Below are positions 26,224-32,000 of a stretch of DNA of 32,000 bases, one piece after another (positions within the stretch are counted from its first letter, which is position 1; each line of letters starts with the position of its first letter). Source of the DNA: Thermosulfurimonas dismutans. GTDB lineage: Bacteria > Desulfobacterota > Thermodesulfobacteria > Thermodesulfobacteriales > Thermodesulfobacteriaceae. The stretch lies in assembly GCF_001652585.1 (NCBI RefSeq), contig NZ_LWLG01000006.1:30001-62000 (forward strand), given 5' to 3'. A model generated the notes under the pieces. That model made no database searches. It was not told where the DNA came from and saw nothing but the letters and a program-made list of their open reading frames with translations. The position numbers and the translations under genes are program-made.

Positions 26224-27257
26224 GCCTCCTCCAGATAAGAAGGCATGGGCGTAGCCCAGGATTCGTCATCAAAATAAAGTTCCCGGAGGTCCCGGGGCTT
26301 CTCGAAAGGCGGGAGCGTCGGGCCCTCCACAACTTCAAAACGTACAAAAGAGCTCTTATACCAGTCCACCTCCGGAAGCGGCAACTCTAGTTTCTTCATT
26401 ATCTCATAGGTACGGTAAAAGTCCTCCCATTGATTCTCGTTTTCAGGATAAATGGCGAAATCTCTCAAAATATCCGTAACTACTAGCCCGGCCGAAAGGA
26501 TAAACTTTTCGAAATCGTACCACTTCCGGAGCGAGGCCTCCCGGTGAGTAAAACCCATGTACCCTGCGGCCCCAGGTCCCTTCAAGGCTTCCAGGCAGCG
26601 GCCGACAAAAAGTTTAAGGCCCTTTTTGGTTTCCACGGGATCAGTGACAAAGACATCAAAGGACCTTTTAAGGCTCTCAGGTAAAGCCTCGATAACGTTG
26701 TAGTTATAGACCTCTAGGTTGGTAAGCCCTTCCCTTTCAGCAAATTCCTTAATAAAGGCATTGAGACGTTCGTCGATCTCGACCACCACCACTCTTTTGG
26801 GCATCCGGGTAAGACCCATGACCACCGAAAGCAGGTCATCGTCACCTAGAATGAAAATCTCGGCCTCCTCCAGATCGCCACGCTGGTAGATATAGGCCAC
26901 CCGGCGAACAGTATCCACCGGCCTAACAAAACCTTGATCATAATCGCTAGTAGGAAGGGGACGCTCTTTAGTGACCTCCAAGAAGCGCTGATAAAGATCT
27001 TCCCAAAAACCCTTGAGCTCCACCCCCAGCCCGCACCGAGAACAAAGAGTATCGGCCAGAGGGTTCAACGGGATTTCCTTTTCCAGATGGAACTTATAGT
27101 CCCGATAAACTATCAAACCTTCCTCAAGGAGGCTGTTCAGGGCCTCGAAGAAGGCCGCAATATGCCCATCTTGATAGTTTATAAGTTCCCAGAAAGTCTG
27201 AGGCTTGAGTTTCAAAGCTCTCAAGATTTGCTTCTTTATTCGCTCTATCTCAGACAT
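26220..27257 (-). CDS. bpsA: N4-bis(aminopropyl)spermidine synthase (branched-chain polyamine synthase, DUF43 family)
   Basis: It has DQGFVRPVDTVRRVAYIYQRGDLEEAEIFILGDDDL..VVVVEIDERL..FDVFVTDPVETKKGLKLF..AAGYMGFTHREASLRKW, matching the BpsA family as I recall it. A GGGAGGG SD-like sequence lies upstream. Confidence 0.8.
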   Translation of the reverse strand: MSEIERIKKQILRALKLKPQTFWELINYQDGHIAAFFEALNSLLEEGLIVYRDYKFHLEKEIPLNPLADTLCSRCGLGVELKGFWEDLYQRFLEVTKERPLPTSDYDQGFVRPVDTVRRVAYIYQRGDLEEAEIFILGDDDLLSVVMGLTRMPKRVVVVEIDERLNAFIKEFAEREGLTNLEVYNYNVIEALPESLKRSFDVFVTDPVETKKGLKLFVGRCLEALKGPGAAGYMGFTHREASLRKWYDFEKFILSAGLVVTDILRDFAIYPENENQWEDFYRTYEIMKKLELPLPEVDWYKSSFVRFEVVEGPTLPPFEKPRDLRELYFDDESWATPMPSYLEEA

Positions 27258-27342
27258 TTAGCCCTCCCAACGCATGGTATCTTCCCAAACCTAACAAAAT
27301 CCTCCAGCTTGACAACCGGCTTTCTTGGCGAATCAGGGCTTT

Positions 27343-27876
27343 TTAAGCCCCCGTAAGCTTTTTTTCCAGGATCAAGCGGTTTTCCTGAAAGATAGCCTCT
27401 TCATAAAGTGGGAGGCAGGCCCTGGGGTCGGCCTCTCCGGTTGATAATCTGGTAGCCAAAGCCAGACAGGAGGGCTCACCGCACTTTCCACAGTTAGTCC
27501 CGGGCAGTAACTTATAGATCTCAAGGGCCGGAGGTAATTGCCGGGGTTCATAACGAGGTTTTATTTCCTCTCGTCGTTTCCAAAGCTCTTCCAAGAACTT
27601 TTCCAGCTTTTCCTTTACCCTTCGCCCCTCTTCAATATCGGAAAGATCGGATATTCTCACATCTCCGGACCGTACGGCCACCTTCTTGCCTTCAAACCGG
27701 AAAATGATCACCGGCTCATCCGGATCATAAAAAACCACCCTGGCCTCGGCATTCAGATACGGGATAAGAGGAGACAAATCTTTTTCGGCAGGTATGACAG
27801 CCTTATAACGAGGGCAACGGGCATCTACATAACAAGAGGCAGGCTCAAGCTTGAAATCTGGCCTTAAAAACGACAT
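27343..27876 (-). CDS. Fe-S-cluster-domain protein (PF04060-like CGKCG..PSC motif), function unknown
   Basis: The C-terminal LPGTNCGKCGEPSCLALA resembles the RnfB / corrinoid Fe-S protein N-terminal Fe-S domain. No clear SD is present. The start lies 13 nt after the tRNA-fMet 3' end. Confidence 0.6.
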   Translation of the reverse strand: MSFLRPDFKLEPASCYVDARCPRYKAVIPAEKDLSPLIPYLNAEARVVFYDPDEPVIIFRFEGKKVAVRSGDVRISDLSDIEEGRRVKEKLEKFLEELWKRREEIKPRYEPRQLPPALEIYKLLPGTNCGKCGEPSCLALATRLSTGEADPRACLPLYEEAIFQENRLILEKKLTGA

Positions 27877-27889
27877 AACAGAAAAAATT

Positions 27890-27966
<77 letters not shown>

Positions 27967-28089
27967 TCCGTTAGATAATAATTTAAAGGGTTTTAAGTAG
28001 AAGTCAAGGGGGCCAACCCTCTTCGCTATACTCAGCGGTGTATTAATCCACTCTCCCTAAAGAATAAAAAAGCATTAAAATTTCAGGCG

Positions 28090-31000
28090 ATGAGAATAAA
28101 ACGGCTCGAGATCTACGGATTCAAATCCTTTCCCTATCGGGTGAGTCTCCCCTTCCCTCCGGGGATTTCGGCCATCGTGGGCCCTAATGGCAGCGGGAAG
28201 AGCAACATCATGGACGCTCTCCGCTGGGTCCTCGGGGAACAAAGTCTTAAGCGTCTGCGAGTAAGGTCCGCTGAAGACCTCCTTTTTGCCGGAGATCACG
28301 GTCGGTCTCCAGGTTTTGCCGAAGTTCGGTTGGTGCTCGAGAATGACGGTGGAGTTCCAGAAGAATTTCGGGAACTTCCAGAAATAGTAGTAGCCCGTAG
28401 ACTTTATCGATCCGGAGAGTCCGAGTACCTCATCAATAATCGCACCTGCCGCCTCAAGGACATTCATTACCTCTTCTTGGACACTGGGGTAAACCCAAGA
28501 GGTTATGGTCTTATAGATCAAGGGGAAGTCGGCAAGTTCCTGGAACGGAGTCCTCAAGAAAGGCGTTTCTTCCTGGAGGAGCTGGCCGGAGTCTCTCGTT
28601 ACCGAGCCAACCGGGATGAAACCGCTCGAAATCTAGCCCGCACGCGTGAAAACCTGGCTCGGGTAGAGGACATCCTCTCCGAGATCAGAAAACAGATCAC
28701 CAGCCTGGAGGAGCAGGCCGAGCTAGCCGCAAAGTACCTCCGGCTTAGAGACCGCCTCAAGCAACTCTCGCTCTCAAGACTGGCCGTCCTCTACCTCAAA
28801 GCCCGGAGAGACCGAGACCGAGCCGAAAAAAACCTCTCCGAGCTACGCCAGAACCTTGAAGCCCTTTCGGAACGGGAAGAAAAACTCCTCCCCCTCTATG
28901 AAAAGGTCCTCTCCGAGGTCAATCTCCTGAAACGAAAGCTTCGGGAAAAAGATGAAGCCCTTCAATCCCTAGAATCCGATCTCAAGGCTGTAGCCGAAAA
29001 ATTGCGTACCCTCTATCGGGAGGAAAACGAGATCTCAAAGAAGTTGGAGAGGGAACGAACGCGGAAGGAAAATTTCACCGAAAACCTCAAAAATCTGGAA
29101 AAAGAGCTCCAAGGACTCATCACCGAAACCGAAGAACTTCAAAAGAGACTCGAAACCGAAGAGCACGTTTTCAAAGAACTTCAGGAAAGATATCTGGCCA
29201 AAAGAACAGAGGCCGAAAAGGCTGAAAAGAAATTGAGAGAAGAGGAAAAGAAGGTCCTTGGTCTTCGGGAAAGACTGCGCTTTTTGAAAGAAAGGAAGGA
29301 GCGCTTGGATAGGGAAAAGCGAACCCTTGAAGAAAAGAGACGGCTTCTTTCCGAAAAGAGCTCCAAACTAAAAGCGGAGAGAGAGCGCTTAAAAGCTCGC
29401 CAGGTAAGCCTTGAAAGTCATCTAGCCCGAATTGAAGATGAACTTTCCGGTCTTCGCAATAAAAAGCAAACTCTTGAGTCCCGGGTAGCGGAACTAAAGG
29501 AGGCTCTTCGCGGTCTTGAAAACGACGAAAAGGAGCGAAGACTTGAAATACGTTCCTTAGAGAAGGAAAAGGCCATGCTCCTTTCCCTTTTAAAGCAAGA
29601 ATTGATCATAGATCCCGAAAAACTAAAAGGAACTGGCTTGAACCTCAAAATCTTGGCCGAAGAACTGGAAATCTCTCCAGAGAGGATGGAAGCCGTAGAA
29701 GCCTTCCTAGGAGAAAAGTTATCCTTTCCCGTGGCGGAATCTGTAGAAGATATAAAACAACTCCTCTCAAGCACGGAACTTCCAGGTCTTTTCTACAAGA
29801 CGCCTGAAACTCACCAAAGACTTATCCAGGAACTTGAAGAACTTGAAGAGGAAGAGAGCCTTGAGAGGCTTCCTACTTCTCTACCATCAGGAAAAATACT
29901 TTATTTCCAGAGAGAAAAGGCCATCTTGTTCCCCAGCGGATTCCTGCTGTTTTCCGGGCGGGAGGCCCCGGGACCTCTGAGGATCAAAAAAAGACTTCAT
30001 GAGCTTGAAAAAGAGCTCCAGGATCGGGGGTTGGTCCTACAAAAAGTTCAGGAAGAAAAAGCAGGTCTTCAGAAAACCCTTAAAGAAACGGAAGAAGCCT
30101 TAAAAGGCCGAGTTAAGGCTTTAAAGAAACTTGAGGAAGAGAAGGGACGTCTGATTAGAGAGCTCAAAGGCATTGAACAGAGTCTTACGAGGTTGATGCA
30201 GGAGGAGGCTTTTCTGGCGCGGGAAGGTTCGGCAGAGACGGCCAGGCAGGAGGCCCTGGCAGAGGAAAAAGAGAAGATTGAAGCGGAAATCCAGGGCTTA
30301 ACCGCAGAACTCGAGGAGATCCTCCGGCAGGAAAAGGAACTCCGAGAGAGGAGACAAAGGTTAAAGAATGAAAGCTCTAAAGAGGAAAAGGCCTTTAAGG
30401 AGAAGAATCTTCTCATCTCGGAACTCTCCGGAAGACTGAAGGCCCTTTCCAGGAGGAAGAACGAACTTAATGAAGAACTCCGCAGGACACGGGACAAGTT
30501 GCGCAACACCTCCCAACAGGTCAGGCTCCTTGAGGAAGAGCTTCAATTTGTACGGGGAATGATTCGTAAGGAAAAGGAGACCCGGCGGGAAAAGGAAACT
30601 GTTCGTGAGGGTTTGCTTCGGGAAAAGAAAGAAGTTGAGGCCGCCCTTTCGGAGGCTAGTAAAAGGCTTTCCGAATTAGAGAGAGAGGGTAAGTCCTTGG
30701 AAAAAGATCGGGAGCGTCTAAAAGAGCGGTTACATCGCCTTGAGCTTGACCTGGTAGAGGCCGAAATGAGCCTGGAACATCTCTTGAGAGAGGCCCGTGA
30801 GAACCATGAGACTGATCTTGAGGCCTTCGTGGCGGAGGAAAAACCGGCGCTCAAAGATACGAGCGGCATAGAGGAAGAAATCATTAAAGTACGGGAGGAA
30901 CTTTCACAGTTTCCGCCGGTCAACCTGGCCGCCGGCGAGGAACTCGAAAAGGCCCGCGAAAGGTTTGAATTTCTTTCCTCTCAGAGAGAAGAGCTCTTGG

Positions 31001-31503
31001 CAGCCATAAAAGACCTTGAGGCCGCCTGTCGGCGTCTAGATGAAGAGAGCCGCCGAAAAATCCGCGAGGCCTTGGAGCTTGCCAACCAAAAGTTGAGCGA
31101 GGTCTTTCCCCTTCTTTTTGAAGGCGGACGGGCAGAACTCTATTTCACGGATTCAGATGATCCTCTCCAGGCCGGACTTGACCTCAAGGTAAAGCTTCCG
31201 GGAAAACCGGTAAGACACCTCTCCATGCTCTCCGGAGGCGAAAAGGCCCTCTGCGCCCTGGCGGTACTTTTCGCTTTTTATCTAGTCAAACCAGGACCCT
31301 TCTGCATCCTAGACGAGGTAGACGCCCCTCTGGACGAGGCCAACACCTTAAGGTTCAATGAGCTTCTCAAGCGCCTAAAGGAACACTCCCAGGTCATCCT
31401 GGTAACCCACAATCCCCGCGTCATGGAGATCGCAGACGCCCTTTTCGGAGTAACCATGGAGGAAAAAGGGGTGTCTAAAGTAGTAAGCGTTAAGCTTACC
31501 TAA
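28090..31503 (+). CDS. smc: Chromosome segregation protein SMC
   Basis: It has Walker A (GPNGSGKSN), long coiled coils, a hinge-like middle, the signature LSGGEKAL and Walker B ([13 protein letters not shown]). Confidence 0.93.
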   Translation: MRIKRLEIYGFKSFPYRVSLPFPPGISAIVGPNGSGKSNIMDALRWVLGEQSLKRLRVRSAEDLLFAGDHGRSPGFAEVRLVLENDGGVPEEFRELPEIVVARRLYRSGESEYLINNRTCRLKDIHYLFLDTGVNPRGYGLIDQGEVGKFLERSPQERRFFLEELAGVSRYRANRDETARNLARTRENLARVEDILSEIRKQITSLEEQAELAAKYLRLRDRLKQLSLSRLAVLYLKARRDRDRAEKNLSELRQNLEALSEREEKLLPLYEKVLSEVNLLKRKLREKDEALQSLESDLKAVAEKLRTLYREENEISKKLERERTRKENFTENLKNLEKELQGLITETEELQKRLETEEHVFKELQERYLAKRTEAEKAEKKLREEEKKVLGLRERLRFLKERKERLDREKRTLEEKRRLLSEKSSKLKAERERLKARQVSLESHLARIEDELSGLRNKKQTLESRVAELKEALRGLENDEKERRLEIRSLEKEKAMLLSLLKQELIIDPEKLKGTGLNLKILAEELEISPERMEAVEAFLGEKLSFPVAESVEDIKQLLSSTELPGLFYKTPETHQRLIQELEELEEEESLERLPTSLPSGKILYFQREKAILFPSGFLLFSGREAPGPLRIKKRLHELEKELQDRGLVLQKVQEEKAGLQKTLKETEEALKGRVKALKKLEEEKGRLIRELKGIEQSLTRLMQEEAFLAREGSAETARQEALAEEKEKIEAEIQGLTAELEEILRQEKELRERRQRLKNESSKEEKAFKEKNLLISELSGRLKALSRRKNELNEELRRTRDKLRNTSQQVRLLEEELQFVRGMIRKEKETRREKETVREGLLREKKEVEAALSEASKRLSELEREGKSLEKDRERLKERLHRLELDLVEAEMSLEHLLREARENHETDLEAFVAEEKPALKDTSGIEEEIIKVREELSQFPPVNLAAGEELEKARERFEFLSSQREELLAAIKDLEAACRRLDEESRRKIREALELANQKLSEVFPLLFEGGRAELYFTDSDDPLQAGLDLKVKLPGKPVRHLSMLSGGEKALCALAVLFAFYLVKPGPFCILDEVDAPLDEANTLRFNELLKRLKEHSQVILVTHNPRVMEIADALFGVTMEEKGVSKVVSVKLT

Positions 31504-31904
31504 ATGCGAATGCTTCCGTAGCGGGACGAACGCCGGGAACGGAAAATCATAAAGAGCAAGATAAGGACAAAGACCCCTATAAGGGCCATTATGGCCTTGG
31601 CCAGAATCTGGACCTGGATCCTAAGTTCCTCTATTTGAGCGCTCATTTGATTAAGCCGAACTTCAAGAACACGATTAGGAGATAGTTTGTCATTGCTTTT
31701 TAGAAGAGAAAGGATTTCCTCGTTTTGTTGACGAAGGATAGAAACCTGGGAGGACAGCTCGTTGATACGGGAAGTATGTTCCAAAGAATTCTTTTGAAGT
31801 TCCTCGAGCCTCTGCAAAATTTTTTTAGAGGAAGGATCTTGGGCAGCCAACGAAGAGACAACCCCTAACTCCAACACCAAAAACAAACCTAATATCAGTT
31901 TCAT
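31500..31904 (-). CDS. Hypothetical coiled-coil protein with an N-terminal signal/anchor and a C-terminal TM helix
   Basis: The sequence is MKLILGLFLVLELGVVSSLAAQD, then heptad-like LEELQKNS..LRQQNEEIL..IEELRIQVQIL, then IMALIGVFVLILLFMIF. The start was moved to the ATG at 31904. Its stop overlaps the smc stop by 4 nt (convergent). Confidence 0.45.
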   Translation of the reverse strand: MKLILGLFLVLELGVVSSLAAQDPSSKKILQRLEELQKNSLEHTSRINELSSQVSILRQQNEEILSLLKSNDKLSPNRVLEVRLNQMSAQIEELRIQVQILAKAIMALIGVFVLILLFMIFRSRRSSRYGSIRI

Positions 31905-32000
31905 AACGGCTTCCCATCCCCGGCCCATATATCTGTTTTTATCAGATTTTCTCAACCATAGCAACAAATCTTTAAAAAACAAAAAAAGGGCGGGCTGGTC

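Overview
This is a bacterial chromosomal window. It is probably from a thermophile, because it carries bpsA (branched-chain polyamine synthase) and a tungsten-type AOR. It lies near the replication origin, because dnaA is present. Two parts are clear.

(1) Positions 1-6285 are a mosaic, largely AT-rich accessory segment. It ends at a 45-nt tRNA-Lys(CUU) 3' fragment, which looks like an island att remnant. The segment carries seven tightly packed minus-strand genes: hsdM, a DUF433/DUF5615 (PIN-like) pair, an MNT-type nucleotidyltransferase overlapping a DUF1016/YhcG PD-(D/E)XK nuclease, hsdS, and a DUF6119/TIGR04141 gene that overlaps the hsdS 3' end and runs off the window. No hsdR is visible. 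This split type I R-M operon, especially the MNT-DUF1016 coupling and the DUF6119 gene, is the best candidate for an undescribed defence arrangement.

(2) The rest looks like core genome:
- a very GC-rich aor-moaD-thiF cluster coupled to nhaA;
- an ArsR-family regulator, a CSC-motif permease and a small CxxC thioredoxin, run together with a TolC/MFP/RND efflux pump;
- an MBL hydrolase and a GlcD-like oxidase;
- dnaA (not followed by dnaN), an HD hydrolase, ddl, plsC, hisD and bpsA;
- an Fe-S protein, initiator tRNA-fMet, smc and a small coiled-coil membrane protein.

No CRISPR array, rRNA, transposase or integrase is seen. All family assignments come from motif recognition by eye, and no database search was run.
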